Shown here: piece after piece, positions 1 through 10,515 of the stretch
How the letters are laid out: each line of letters begins with the position of its first letter
Position numbering within the stretch: position 1 is the first letter of the stretch
From: Desulfurococcaceae archaeon
GTDB lineage: Archaea; Thermoproteota; Thermoprotei_A; Sulfolobales; Desulfurococcaceae
Length of the DNA stretch: 64,000 nucleotides
NCBI GenBank assembly: GCA_038888155.1
Contig: JAWAJB010000001.1
Coordinates: 256,001-320,000 of the forward strand
Direction: 5' to 3'
Position numbers and translations under genes: made by a program
The notes under the pieces: model-generated
Seen by the model: only the letters and a program-made list of their open reading frames with translations
The model's database searches: none
What the model was told of the DNA's origin: nothing

Positions 1-386
1 ACAACTTTGAAATAGGTTTTGCTATATGCCACGACTTGAGGTTCCCAGAGCTCTTTAGAGTTTACGCCAACTTAGGGGTAAAGCTGGTAATTGTGCAGGC
101 TGCTTGGATAAAGGGGCCGCTAAAGGAGGAGATCCTAGATAAACTGGCTTCGTCTAGGTCGCACGAAAACGCGCTCTACCTCATAGTGGCAAACCAAGTC
201 GGTGAAATGTTCACTGGGAGAAGCGGAGTATTTAACCCGCTAGGATACCGCGAGCTAGATATGGGGAATGGGGAGAAGTACTCCGAGCACACTCTGTTTC
301 TCGAGGAAGTTGAGAGGGCGAGGTCAACTATGCCTATACTGAGACAGGCATTTGAGAAGTGGGAGGTAAAGATAAAGCAAGCATAG
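1..386 (+). CDS. carbon-nitrogen hydrolase/nitrilase family protein (5' truncated by window edge)
   Basis: Frame is open from position 3: NFEIGFAICHDLRFPE matches the nitrilase ICxDxRFPE catalytic Cys motif; RSHEN..ANQVG..G.S in C-terminus. Confidence 0.85.
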   Translation, partial: NFEIGFAICHDLRFPELFRVYANLGVKLVIVQAAWIKGPLKEEILDKLASSRSHENALYLIVANQVGEMFTGRSGVFNPLGYRELDMGNGEKYSEHTLFLEEVERARSTMPILRQAFEKWEVKIKQA

Positions 387-424
387 GTCGTTAAGTTAAA
401 AACTGCTAGGGTTGGGCTAGGTTC

Positions 425-1108
425 TCAGGCGCACGATTTAATCTTTGGTAGCAACTGCGCTAGCTCAGTAAGGTCCTTTACTGTTGTAGGCCAGGTGTAG
501 CCTAGGCCCCGGTCAACTAGAACAGTTGTAGCCCCTAGCTCGCTTGCTGGCTTTAAGTCATATTGAGGATAAGCGGAGACGTGTATAGCTTGGCTGGGAG
601 CTATAGAGAGCAGATCGTAGGCCTTTAAGAATGCATCCTTGAGGGGCTTGTACGACTTTACGTCTTCAGCTGTTATAACGTAGTCGAAGAGGGGCTTGAG
701 GCCGCTCAAGGTGATATCTATTAATTCTCTGTCTGTGTTTGAGAGTACGCATGTCTTTAGCCCCTGCTCCCTAAGCTTTTTAATGCCGTAAACCGTGTCT
801 GGGTACGGCGGGGACTTCGCGAACGTTAATATAAATGAATCCACTACATTCCTATCCGCTCTTACGCCGTAATCTGCAGCTAGTTCTAACAAGCACTTCT
901 CGAGTACCTGCCTGTAGGGCCTGTAAATTGAGATTTCCCTAATATCGCACTCAAAGTACTTGCTTAGCGCTCCAGGGGAAACGAAGAACTCAACAAAGGA
1001 CCCTATTGCGTAATTCCAGTTCACGAGAGTCCCGTAGAGGTCAAATATAACGAGGCTGCCTCTAGTCGCTTTGTTGAGAGGGGAGTTGCGCGGACTAGAC
1101 ATGAGCAC
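425..1108 (-). CDS. HAD-superfamily hydrolase (haloacid dehalogenase type II-like)
   Basis: FDLYGTL motif I, LSN motif II, YKP motif III. Confidence 0.85.
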   Translation of the reverse strand: MLMSSPRNSPLNKATRGSLVIFDLYGTLVNWNYAIGSFVEFFVSPGALSKYFECDIREISIYRPYRQVLEKCLLELAADYGVRADRNVVDSFILTFAKSPPYPDTVYGIKKLREQGLKTCVLSNTDRELIDITLSGLKPLFDYVITAEDVKSYKPLKDAFLKAYDLLSIAPSQAIHVSAYPQYDLKPASELGATTVLVDRGLGYTWPTTVKDLTELAQLLPKIKSCA

Positions 1109-1124
1109 ACCACGCCACTATATC

Positions 1125-2300
1125 TCAGTATTCCTGCTTAGCTCTAATTAACTTTACACACATTAAGTAGAGAGACTTCAGGGCTTCACTTAATAGGCAG
1201 ATGCCTTCTTCTCTAGGCCGATCTACTTCAAGGAAAATAGTTCCCTGCCCAAACCAAGCCCTCCTGCAAGCTGTGCCCAAGGATTTAGCTAGAGCGCGCA
1301 CTTCAGCTTGATCTGGGCCTTTAATCCCCTCTACCTCTCCTCTGGAAGCTACTTTCATTTTTACACAGGTCAGTCCGTGCGCGTGCAAATTAGCCATACA
1401 AGCGTATGGGTAAAACACCAGCCCCCGCTTGCGGGCATATCGAGCGATTTTCACCTTAATATCGCCTGTGTATACACTGTACTGCGCGCGAGGCCTCATT
1501 TTATCTAGTCTAATTGGGAGCCTTTTGCTGACCTCCCCTAATTCTAGGCCTATCTCCTTTAGGTTGTTGAATACATCCCTTGTAATCCTCAAGGAGCCTG
1601 CAACGACGCCTACAGCTCCGTGCTCTACTGCGAGATCAATTATTTCCTCGTATTCTCTCTCAGTAATTCCAGGGATTATAGGCCTTAGGAATAGGAAAGG
1701 CTGTAGGCCAGCCCCTCTGAGGTTTCTCAAGGTCTCGAGTCTCCTCTCTGGTGGGGGCGCATAGGGCTCAAGCTCCCTGTGCGCCTTAAGTGTAACAACC
1801 GTAACTAGCGGAGAGATTTTTCCCCCGCTCAACTCTGCTAGCTTCTCGGCCTCGCTACTGCTCAAGCTCGACTTCGTGGAGAACTGGACTGGGTTACCTA
1901 GGTACTTGTACAGCGCCTCGATGTACTCGAAAGACTTGCCCTTTGTAATTGGGTGAAAGGGCTCAGTTACGCTACCTATAGCGAGGTAAGTGCCGCGTTT
2001 ACCAGGAACAAAGCACCTATTTGAGAGCAGAGCGTAGACTAGCTGTAGGCCCGTTAGCAGGTAGGGCTTTAGAGCTGCACTAAAGCCCATGGTATATATA
2101 TAGCAGTACCTACACTGGTATGGACACCCAGTGCCCGAGTGCACTGTTATGCCGCATAGCCTGGGGTACCTCGTCGCGTGCGGGTCTCTTATAGCGTATT
2201 TGCTCTCCTGGTCGCTCAATAGGGCCTTAACTTTCTCCCTAAGCTCCTCTTTTTCCTTGAGCAGCCTGGCGACGTAATTAACTGGTCCCACTTCATTCAC
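1125..2300 (-). CDS. radical SAM protein (SplB/photolyase-like group)
   Basis: CPYQCRYC (CxxxCxxC), GSVTEPF, STK, LEPYAPPPERRL. Confidence 0.8.
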   Translation of the reverse strand: MNEVGPVNYVARLLKEKEELREKVKALLSDQESKYAIRDPHATRYPRLCGITVHSGTGCPYQCRYCYIYTMGFSAALKPYLLTGLQLVYALLSNRCFVPGKRGTYLAIGSVTEPFHPITKGKSFEYIEALYKYLGNPVQFSTKSSLSSSEAEKLAELSGGKISPLVTVVTLKAHRELEPYAPPPERRLETLRNLRGAGLQPFLFLRPIIPGITEREYEEIIDLAVEHGAVGVVAGSLRITRDVFNNLKEIGLELGEVSKRLPIRLDKMRPRAQYSVYTGDIKVKIARYARKRGLVFYPYACMANLHAHGLTCVKMKVASRGEVEGIKGPDQAEVRALAKSLGTACRRAWFGQGTIFLEVDRPREEGICLLSEALKSLYLMCVKLIRAKQEY

Positions 2301-2437
2301 GCTCTCGAGAGTAGGCTAAGAATGTTCTTTTTCCCCTTTACTCTCAGTGAAGGCATACTGCATAGAATCTATTAAGCTATTTACCCTGCTCATTTAAGGT
2401 TAAAAAACCGCATACACACTATTCTTAACCTGGACTT

Positions 2438-2522
2438 GCGGGGGTGCCCGAGCTTGGTCAAAGGGGTCGGGTTGAGGACCCGGTGGCGTAGGCCTGCGTG
2501 GGTTCGAATCCCACCCCCCGCA
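2438..2522 (+). tRNA. tRNA-Leu(GAG)
   Basis: GCGGGGG/CCCCCGC acceptor stem, TCGGG-TTGAGGA-CCCGG anticodon arm, long variable arm, GGTTCGAATCC T loop. Confidence 0.95.
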
Positions 2523-3204
2523 CTAGGTAAACTCTAGAGTTCCTATGGCTTATTGCCTGCAGAGAGTAGAGGGCGCGGAGAGCTCTGCTTCACAGATTAA
2601 GGAATACTAGGCTTTTGCCTAGATTTCAGCACATTGTTTAGCGGAAATTACATATGGTATAAATGCGAGTACCTGACGAATTGGTGGATCTAAGGGCGAA
2701 GTGCGGGGCGCCTTTAAAAATTTTTGGGCGAAAAGTACGGGAAATCGTGGGGCATAGGGAGGCGATATCTAGAGGAACTTTATGCCCTTTGCCAATTGCC
2801 GCCGTGGAATACCCTTTTTACTGGGGCATTTATTGCACCGAAGACTTAATTTGCCAGCCCTTATCTCGTCAAGCGCAGTTACAGATTTAGAGCCCTTAAT
2901 ACTAATGGTTGTGGGCCAAATTATCCTTTGCACGGCATAATCTAAAAATTTCTGCATCGATTGTTGAAGTCTCTCCCTATTTTACTTCTACTATAAGGCT
3001 GGCGAGAGCCTCGCTAGGCCAGCGAGCTAACATTTCAGCCAAGTGTTCTCCAACTTACCATAAACATGTATGGAGCTAGCGTGAATATCCTTTAAGTGCT
3101 ATTCAAAATATAGTTGAAAGATTTTTGAGAATTTTTATTGGGTTTCTGCACTACAAGAGTAAGTTGGATTACTTGGGTATAGGGTACTGTGTGGGGTAGT
3201 CCTC

Positions 3205-4011
3205 ATGAGTAGATTGTATGCAGTTCTGCTTGAGGTTTGCCTAGTGGCTCTCTCCACACTCCTTGTCTGGTGGCTCTTAGAGGTCTATTTAGGGTGGCTT
3301 AAATTCTGGGGGCACCTCTTTAAGGCCCTTTGGGTGCCCTTAATTCTTTGCGCTATCATACTGTCCAGAAGAAGTTTTAGGGACTACGGCTTTCTGCCTA
3401 GAAGCCTGCGCCTCGCTCTGAAGTGGAGTTTAATATTTATAGCAACTTTTACCCTGCCGGCAATAGTTTTGATCTCAGCGTCCGTGGCTTTAGGCGCGGC
3501 TAAGCCCGTAGGGCTGTCGCCGCTGGAGATAGCCTTGAATATAATCTGGTATATGGTCTTCGTTGGATTGGTCGAGGAGGCTTATTTTAGGGGCTACGTG
3601 CAGTCTAGGCTCAACGAGATCTTTGAGAGGCGCTGGCATGAGTTCATCTTTAAGGCTTGGAAAGTTGACTGGGGAGTGAGTTTACTTTTAACTTCTATGA
3701 TCTTCGCCCTAATGCATATAGCTAACTACTGGAACCCGCTTGCGTCTAGGTGGGAGCCGGCTTGGTATATGCCCATACACATCCTTGGAGGCTTCGCCTT
3801 TGGATGTCTAGCCGGGGCCTTGAGAGAAGCTTCGGGCGATGTTTACGTCCCATCCTCTCTGCACGGGGGGTTAATGACCGCCTACACATTTTTATCAATT
3901 TATACAAATGAATTGGCCCTGAATATCAGCCTCTTCATCAGCTGGTTCATTTTCTTCTACATGTTAGCTATTTTCTTTCACGAATTTGAGAGCTTAAAGT
4001 TCGTAGCTTGA
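3205..4011 (+). CDS. CPBP/Abi (CAAX protease-like) intramembrane metalloprotease
   Basis: Multiple TM segments, VEEAYFRG, FALMH and SLHG motifs. Confidence 0.85.
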   Translation: MSRLYAVLLEVCLVALSTLLVWWLLEVYLGWLKFWGHLFKALWVPLILCAIILSRRSFRDYGFLPRSLRLALKWSLIFIATFTLPAIVLISASVALGAAKPVGLSPLEIALNIIWYMVFVGLVEEAYFRGYVQSRLNEIFERRWHEFIFKAWKVDWGVSLLLTSMIFALMHIANYWNPLASRWEPAWYMPIHILGGFAFGCLAGALREASGDVYVPSSLHGGLMTAYTFLSIYTNELALNISLFISWFIFFYMLAIFFHEFESLKFVA

Positions 4012-4142
4012 GGCAAGGTGGACTAAATAGATCTATGTGTCGCGCAATCTTAAATAGCAGTCCAATAAGCAGGAGGGTAGCGCGCATCATTAACTACGCT
4101 TTTTTCTCTGAACTTGTTTAAAATATAAATCGTGGTGAGATT

Positions 4143-5276
4143 TTGAAGCTATACGAGCATGAAGCTAAGGAGATAGCCTCAAAGTACGGCATTCCGGTAC
4201 CCAGAGGCAGATTAGCTTGTACTCCAGAAGAGGCATATAGAGCTGCGAGCGAGATAGGCCCGGTAGTTGTTAAGGCTCAAGTCCTCGTTGGCGGCAGGGG
4301 CCTAGCTGGGGGCATTAAGAAAGGATCTACACCTGAGGAGGCCGCCGAAGCAGCTAGGATGCTTTTGGGCTCTCATATACGAGGGGAAAAAGTGAGTAGC
4401 CTACTAGTTGAAGAAATCGTGTGCACCCAAAAGGAGCTGTACTTATCGCTAACAGTGGACCGAGCAACGAGAAAACTGGTTTACATAGTCTCAGAGATGG
4501 GGGGCGTTGAAGTAGAGGAAATTGCTAAGAAGCACCCAGACAGAGTTTACATGATACACGTTGACCCCGAAGTTGGGTACACAGAGTACATGAGCCGCGT
4601 TGCTTTAACTGCGCTGAGGCAAAGCTGGGGAATGCTGCAGGACTTAGCTACAATAATGAGATCAATGTACAGAATTATGCTTGACTACGATGCTGAGCTA
4701 GTAGAGTTTAACCCGCTAGCAGTTACCTGCAACAGCAAATTAATGCCGCTGGACGCAAAGATAGTCATTGACGACAACAGCCTGCACAGGCACCCAGAAA
4801 TTCAGAGAAATTACGGGAGGGAGCTCAAGGAGTACGAAAGAAAAGCAAAGGAGCTCGGCTTTAGCTACGTTGAGCTCGATGGTGATATAGGCATTATTAG
4901 CAATGGGGCTGGGTTAACTATGGCTACTATGGACTTAATACTGCATTACGGCGCTCTACCCGCGAACTTCCTTGACATTGGTGGTGGAGGCTCCAAGGAA
5001 AGAGTAAAGGAGGCAATTAAGCTCATGCTTGCGCACCCCAGGCCTAAGGTATTGCTGGTGAACATATTCGGTGGAATAACGAGGTGCGACGAAGTAGCTT
5101 TAGGCGTTGTCGAGGCCCTAAGGGAAACTGGGACAACAAAGCCCGTAGTTGTGAGGATGCTCGGAACAAATGAAGAGGAGGGGAGAAGAATACTCCTCGA
5201 GAACAATGTGCCGGTGCACGTTGAAATGGAGGACGCCGTTAAGGCGGCAGTTGAGCTGTCTAGGGGGCGGTTGTGA
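4143..5276 (+). CDS. sucC: succinate--CoA ligase beta subunit
   Basis: MKLYEHEAK, KAQVLVGGRGLAGG, NGAGLTMATMD, ANFLDIGGG, NIFGGITRCD. Confidence 0.95.
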   Translation: MKLYEHEAKEIASKYGIPVPRGRLACTPEEAYRAASEIGPVVVKAQVLVGGRGLAGGIKKGSTPEEAAEAARMLLGSHIRGEKVSSLLVEEIVCTQKELYLSLTVDRATRKLVYIVSEMGGVEVEEIAKKHPDRVYMIHVDPEVGYTEYMSRVALTALRQSWGMLQDLATIMRSMYRIMLDYDAELVEFNPLAVTCNSKLMPLDAKIVIDDNSLHRHPEIQRNYGRELKEYERKAKELGFSYVELDGDIGIISNGAGLTMATMDLILHYGALPANFLDIGGGGSKERVKEAIKLMLAHPRPKVLLVNIFGGITRCDEVALGVVEALRETGTTKPVVVRMLGTNEEEGRRILLENNVPVHVEMEDAVKAAVELSRGRL

Positions 5277-6154
5277 TGGGCATTCTAGTCAACTCAAAGA
5301 CCGCTGTAGTTGTACAGGGAGCCACTGGAAGGGAGGGCAGCTTTCACGCCAAGCTCATGCTAGAGTACGGGACAAGAGTTGTTGCAGGCACTTCGCCTGG
5401 TAAAGGAGGTACATATATTCACGGGATCCCTGTTTACAACACTGTATACGAGGCAAGCAGAGAGCAGGGGCCAATAGATGCATCAATTGTGTTTGTCCCA
5501 GCTAGGTTTGCCGCAGATGCAGTTTACGAGGCTGTAGACAGCGGAATTAGGGTCGTAGTCGTGATAACAGAGGGCATACCGCTACACGAAGAGATTAGAT
5601 TCGTAAACTACGCAAAGAAAAAGGGCGCTACCGTAGTTGGGCCTAATACTCCAGGCGTTATGACAGTGGGAGAGTGCAAGCTAGGCATAATGCCGTCTCG
5701 CGTATTCACTAGGGGGAGCGTTGGGCTAGTCTCTAGGAGCGGCACGCTCACTTATGAAATAGCTAGAGAGCTGGGCAAGGCAGGCTACGGCATATCAACA
5801 GTGCTCGGAATTGGAGGAGATCCCATTACAGGAGTGAACTTCACTGAGGCGTTTGAAATGTTCGCAAAAGACCCAGATACAGATGCTGTAGTAATTATAG
5901 GGGAAATAGGCGGAGATGCCGAGGAGAGGTTCGCTAGGTATTACGCAGGGTTAACGGCGAAGAAGCCGGCAGTAGCGTACATTGCAGGCCGTGCAGCTCC
6001 TCCAGGCAAGAGGATGGGGCACGCGGGCGCCATAATATCTATGGGCGTAGGGGACTACTACTCCAAGAAAGGGTCGCTAGAGGCTTCAGGTGTACCAGTA
6101 GCTACTACGCCTTCGCAAATTCCCTCAGCGCTTTCAGCGCTTCTAAAGAAGTAG
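5276..6154 (+). CDS. sucD: succinate--CoA ligase alpha subunit
   Basis: [27 protein letters not shown] phospho-His motif; coupled to sucC stop. Confidence 0.95.
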   Translation: MGILVNSKTAVVVQGATGREGSFHAKLMLEYGTRVVAGTSPGKGGTYIHGIPVYNTVYEASREQGPIDASIVFVPARFAADAVYEAVDSGIRVVVVITEGIPLHEEIRFVNYAKKKGATVVGPNTPGVMTVGECKLGIMPSRVFTRGSVGLVSRSGTLTYEIARELGKAGYGISTVLGIGGDPITGVNFTEAFEMFAKDPDTDAVVIIGEIGGDAEERFARYYAGLTAKKPAVAYIAGRAAPPGKRMGHAGAIISMGVGDYYSKKGSLEASGVPVATTPSQIPSALSALLKK

Positions 6155-6212
6155 AAAAATTTTTTACTCCGCGTTGCTTTCAACTATCCTAGTGCGCTTT
6201 AGGTGTGACTGC

Positions 6213-6749
6213 ATGAGGAACTTAGAGAAAGTTGGTCCGGGAGAGAAAGCACCGGAAGAAGTTAATGTACTGATAGAGATACCTATGGGGAGCGGAGTTA
6301 AGTACGAGCTAGATAAAGAGAGCGGCATCCTAGTTGTAGATAGGATTTTGTACACATCAATGGTCTACCCATTTAACTACGGCTTCATACCTGGGACGCT
6401 AGAGGAGGACGGAGACCCTGTTGATGTCTTAGTTGTTTCATATGATCCACTGATACCCGGCTCTGTTATAAGGGCTAAGCCCATAGGCACTTTGGATACA
6501 GAGGACGAGAAGGGCCTAGACACGAAAGTTGTCGCTGTGCCTTCAGAGAAGATCGACCCAAGGTTTCAAAATATAAAGGACGTAGGAGATCTGCCCGAAT
6601 CTATAAGGCGGAGAATAGAGCACTTTTTCGCCCACTACAAAGAGCTAGAGAAGGGTAAGTGGGTCAAGGTAATTGGCTGGAACAATAGAGCTGTTGCCCT
6701 CGAGAAGATAAAGAGGGCCATTAAAAGACAGGGGGAGATCAGCGGGTAA
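6213..6749 (+). CDS. ppa: inorganic pyrophosphatase
   Basis: [28 protein letters not shown] motif; ATG at 6213 preceded by AGGTG. Confidence 0.95.
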   Translation: MRNLEKVGPGEKAPEEVNVLIEIPMGSGVKYELDKESGILVVDRILYTSMVYPFNYGFIPGTLEEDGDPVDVLVVSYDPLIPGSVIRAKPIGTLDTEDEKGLDTKVVAVPSEKIDPRFQNIKDVGDLPESIRRRIEHFFAHYKELEKGKWVKVIGWNNRAVALEKIKRAIKRQGEISG

Positions 6750-6941
6750 GGCCCGCTAGCTAGCGAATCGGCCTAAACTGCAGGAGGACGGCTACAGCCC
6801 CTAAACAAGGGGACTGCAACCATTGAGGGGGGTATGGGAATTTTAGGAGTGACTAGCCCGCTTTATTAAACCCTGTTACCCAGAGGTATGAGCGTAGATA
6901 TGAAGGGCTCTACCTGCAGTGTTCAGCGCTGGGGACCGTTG

Positions 6942-7256
6942 CTATTTTCCGAACACCTTCTTTTTAAATTCTGCTGGTTGATGAATAAAGAGCTCTACTA
7001 GAGAATATATGTCTTCATCTATGCCTAAGGCCTGCGCTACTGGCTTAACGAAGATCTCCCTTGCAATAAAAGCAACAGTCTCTTTGTTTTGGTAAATCTC
7101 GCTGAGCGCCTGGACTATTAGCTCGGGATTAGAGAGCAGCGCGTCGAACACGCTTACGCCTCCCCTTAACATGCAGTGCAGGTTGAGCATCGCTAGTAGG
7201 CCTGGAGCTATTGACGAAGCTTTCGCTTTTATAGAGCTAATAATATTGCTCTCCAT
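6942..7256 (-). CDS. small helical hypothetical protein (resembles 23071..23283)
   Basis: ATG at 7256 just after the permease stop; PGLL..L.L...LL..P......L..IY pattern. Confidence 0.55.
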   Translation of the reverse strand: MESNIISSIKAKASSIAPGLLAMLNLHCMLRGGVSVFDALLSNPELIVQALSEIYQNKETVAFIAREIFVKPVAQALGIDEDIYSLVELFIHQPAEFKKKVFGK

Positions 7257-7276
7257 GTCTTGCCACACAGCGCTTG

Positions 7277-8023
7277 CTACCTCTTCTCGAGAACCATAAG
7301 GGCACCCTGGCGGGTCTTGTAAAGGGTAACGGCAGTAAGCAGTAGGGTCAGGGAGATGAGGTATGCAAGGGAGTAGCTGACGGGAACGCCCTCCTGAAAG
7401 CCAACACTCAACCTCAACAAACAAACAATGTGCGTAAATGGGTTAAAGAGCATGACAGTTCTCCAGGGCTGGTAAATGCCCTTTAACGTGTAGTAGAGCG
7501 GGGTTGCAATAGCCAACAAGATTATTAAAAGGGTGAGGAGGGGCTCTAACCTGTACCTGTTCCTAACAGTTAAGCCTAGGAGCACAGCGATGTTCGGGAA
7601 CAACAAGGCCGAAATGAGCAAGCTGAGGAAGACGTAGATCCAGTTCAGCCCTCCAGCTGCAACTAAGAGTAGCGCTACTCCTAGAGCGACTGGCGGTATG
7701 CTAAAGAGGAGCTGAGATACAATGTAGGATGCAAACAGCTCCCTCAAAGAGATAGGCAGAGATGCGTGTAGCTCTAGTACTTGCTCTTCAAACGTATTAG
7801 CAACAGTTACGGCAACGGGGTAAACTAGCGTCGAGAAGCACGCCATTACTACATAGCCCGTTAAGCCCACTAGGAAAGATTCAGCGCTGCCTCCAGAGGA
7901 GAGAACCACCACTGCCATATACGTAAGCGGCAACAGCACTGTTACTGTCACTAAGCTCGTCCAGTAAAGCCTGTACATCTTGAGATTGAACAAAATTGAC
8001 TTAATTAAGGTCCTAGGAGCCAT
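7277..8023 (-). CDS. ABC-2 type exporter permease
   Basis: About six TM segments, NPFTH motif, directly downstream of ABC ATPase. Confidence 0.8.
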   Translation of the reverse strand: MAPRTLIKSILFNLKMYRLYWTSLVTVTVLLPLTYMAVVVLSSGGSAESFLVGLTGYVVMACFSTLVYPVAVTVANTFEEQVLELHASLPISLRELFASYIVSQLLFSIPPVALGVALLLVAAGGLNWIYVFLSLLISALLFPNIAVLLGLTVRNRYRLEPLLTLLIILLAIATPLYYTLKGIYQPWRTVMLFNPFTHIVCLLRLSVGFQEGVPVSYSLAYLISLTLLLTAVTLYKTRQGALMVLEKR

Positions 8024-8026
8024 GTA

Positions 8027-8932
8027 TTACCCCCTGCTAGTTACCGCCTTGGTGAGGATTGTTTCAACAGATGGGTACTCTAAGTAAACCCTAATGTCAT
8101 CTCTGTACTCCCCATTAATTACTAATTGCTCTAGCTCCTGTAGCGCATCGACGAGCTTTTGATACTTTACAACTACGATGTTCTCGCCTACGTTCACATC
8201 CCCCCTTGTGAAGAGCTGCGCAAGTTTGCCGGCAAACCTACTGATGATCTTTACTTCTGCCCAAGTGTGCAAGCTATCAAGCGATGAAAGCACGTCAACC
8301 ACTCTACCGTACAGCATTAAGTACACTCTATCGCACAGCCTCCTCACTTCCTCTAGATCGTGGCTAACTAGCAGGAGCGTCTTTCCCTTACTCTTCTCAT
8401 ACGCGAGCACGTCCCATACTGCTCTTTTCTTTAACACGTCAATGTAGCTTGTCGGCTCGTCTAGTATCATTAGCTCGCTGTCCTTAACTAAGGCTTGGGC
8501 TAGCAGCAATAGCTTCCTCTGGCCCACTGAGAGCTGGTAGCCCAACCTGTCTCGGAAATCCCATAGCCCCAGCAGCTCGAGAACTTCCTGCACCCTTGTG
8601 TGCGGCGTGCCCGCTAAATCCGCTACATACCTGACTACTTCTATAACTCTGTGGGCTGGGAACACTAGGGGCAGTTGAGGGACATACGCAACGCTTCGCC
8701 TAATCGCCTCTTGCCTCTCAACTGGATTGAACCCGAGGACTGTTATTCTTCCACTAGTTGGCTTCAACAACCCCATTATCTGCCTCACAAGGGTTGTTTT
8801 ACCAGCGCCGTTAGGTCCCATAATGCAAGCTGTTTCACCGCTACATACCTCTAGAGATACGTCTGCGTTGGCCTTTACGCCGTTGGGGTAGACTTTAGTG
8901 ATCTTTTCAGCGACTATAACCCTATTGTACAT
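8027..8932 (-). CDS. ABC exporter ATP-binding protein
   Basis: GPNGAGKTT Walker A, LSVGQ signature, ILDEPT Walker B, SHD; start could also be 8944. Confidence 0.9.
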   Translation of the reverse strand: MYNRVIVAEKITKVYPNGVKANADVSLEVCSGETACIMGPNGAGKTTLVRQIMGLLKPTSGRITVLGFNPVERQEAIRRSVAYVPQLPLVFPAHRVIEVVRYVADLAGTPHTRVQEVLELLGLWDFRDRLGYQLSVGQRKLLLLAQALVKDSELMILDEPTSYIDVLKKRAVWDVLAYEKSKGKTLLLVSHDLEEVRRLCDRVYLMLYGRVVDVLSSLDSLHTWAEVKIISRFAGKLAQLFTRGDVNVGENIVVVKYQKLVDALQELEQLVINGEYRDDIRVYLEYPSVETILTKAVTSRG

Positions 8933-10241
8933 CTCTAACCACATCCCTGTACTTCGATATCGCGTAAGCTCGGACGAGCCTCTCGAGGTTGTGTTCACCG
9001 TATAAGGCTATAAGGCAGGTAGAGGCGCCCTTGGACTTCAAGTAAATGCAACCACCATAGCAGATTGGGGCGTATTTGCAGCTCTTAGTGCACTCGGGGT
9101 CATTTATTATTGGCGCCATTCTCTCAGGGGATATAGACGCTAGCCCATTGCCTAGAATTCTGCCCAGCGGCTTATCGTACATGTATGCTGGGCACATGTA
9201 TATATTCAACTTCTCGTCTACGGCGTAGCCGTTGCTGAACTTGCATATACACGGCCCCTTGATAAAGACCTTTGAGATCCTAAATCCCCTGCCTACAGCG
9301 TACTCTAGCGCTTCAACTATTCCCCTTGAGATATTCGAGTAGTACTCGCGGTAATTACTTGAGGCCTTAAACGGCCTATAAGCACTCGCTTGATCTGGGT
9401 GCACGGGAGAGAGGTCTATGCCCCAAACCTTGCTCTGGATCCCGAGGCTCGAGAGGAGATCTATGAGCTCAAAGGACCTCTCAACGTTGAACTCGTCGAC
9501 GTTTACTCGAATGCCTATGCGCTTGCCGTGTTTATCTATGAATTTAAGGGTGTTCTCTAGCACTATGTCAAATGTCCCCGTTCGATCTTTGAAGGGCCTC
9601 CTAGAGTTGTGTACATCACGCGGTCCATCAATAGTTACCTGAACGCTGTCAACGCTGTTGACAACTTCTTCAACTTCACCATCGAGAACTGTGGCATTAG
9701 TAATAAGGTCGACTTCTTTCCTGATGCCGTATTCCAAGACTAATTCGTCTATCTCTTTTGTGACTCTCTTGGCAATAGCAGGATTAAGTAGAGGCTCGCC
9801 GCCGTAAAGGGCTAAGGCCAGCATTTCGCTGCCGCTGTTGATTTTCCTCTCTAGGAACCCCCTCACTATTTCCCACTCCTTGGCGCTCATGTCATACCCC
9901 TCTACGTTGGGTCTGTAGGACTCGTAGCAGTACACGCACGCTAGGTTGCACCTATTGGTTAGCGACAGGAACATTGAGACTACTTTGCTTGAAAACCTAA
10001 CCTCTCTAGTTAGGCGAGAGTAGTGCTCCTCTTCGCTGAAGTCGTCGTCAATTAAAATTCGCTGGGACTTAAGCTGTGCAAAGACTTCAGAATCCGCTTC
10101 AAGCCTCTTCAACTCGCCAGAGCGAAGGGCTGAGCTTACATCTCTATCTACCAACAACAGAGTGCCGTAAAGGGAATTATAAACAAGATCGAAGTCTTGG
10201 GAGTACGGAAAAAACATGTTGAACTTTGATAGCTTGGTCAC
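8922..10241 (-). CDS. radical SAM/SPASM-domain peptide maturase
   Basis: CNLACVYC, YGGEPLL; C-terminal SPASM cysteines (GPC..YMCP..CTKSCKYAPICYGGC..C); ~85-aa N-terminal extension of RRE-like character. Confidence 0.9.
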   Translation of the reverse strand: MTKLSKFNMFFPYSQDFDLVYNSLYGTLLLVDRDVSSALRSGELKRLEADSEVFAQLKSQRILIDDDFSEEEHYSRLTREVRFSSKVVSMFLSLTNRCNLACVYCYESYRPNVEGYDMSAKEWEIVRGFLERKINSGSEMLALALYGGEPLLNPAIAKRVTKEIDELVLEYGIRKEVDLITNATVLDGEVEEVVNSVDSVQVTIDGPRDVHNSRRPFKDRTGTFDIVLENTLKFIDKHGKRIGIRVNVDEFNVERSFELIDLLSSLGIQSKVWGIDLSPVHPDQASAYRPFKASSNYREYYSNISRGIVEALEYAVGRGFRISKVFIKGPCICKFSNGYAVDEKLNIYMCPAYMYDKPLGRILGNGLASISPERMAPIINDPECTKSCKYAPICYGGCIYLKSKGASTCLIALYGEHNLERLVRAYAISKYRDVVRDVQ

Positions 10242-10263
10242 TCACGGCACCTGCTTTGTAATA

Positions 10264-10383
10264 TTAGTTTGGAAGTATATAGTAACCCGTGCATACGAGC
10301 CTGCAGAAAGGACCGCAGAAATTCGACTCCCTCGCGTTAGTCATTCCCCTTTCTAGAACTATGACTTTGGGCTTGGACTTCAT
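10264..10383 (-). CDS. putative RiPP precursor peptide, 39 aa MKSKPKVIVLERGMTNARESNFCGPFCRLVCTGYYILPN
   Basis: Hand-translated ATG(10383)-TAA(10264); same strand, 22 nt upstream of the SPASM gene; Cys23/27/31; BRE/TATA-like GAAAAACTTAAAAA upstream; below ORF-track cutoff. Confidence 0.8.
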   Translation of the reverse strand: MKSKPKVIVLERGMTNARESNFCGPFCRLVCTGYYILPN

Positions 10384-10515
10384 AATGTCGACCGATTAGA
10401 ATAATAGAAATTTTGAGATTTTTAAGTTTTTCGTATTTTTCCGAATAAGCAAATAATCAAAAATAAGCGCTTAGCTATTTTAGAACCTGCTGTATGATTA
10501 ATTATAGGGTAAACT

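Noticed and set aside
2523-3200. Short ORFs 2663..2890 and 2769..2957 after tRNA-Leu
   Set aside because: Overlapping on opposite strands with no motifs; probably decayed or non-coding DNA; no att repeat found
3205-4011. CPBP protease as RiPP leader peptidase or immunity gene
   Set aside because: Separated from the cluster by sucCD and ppa; linkage not supported by the sequence
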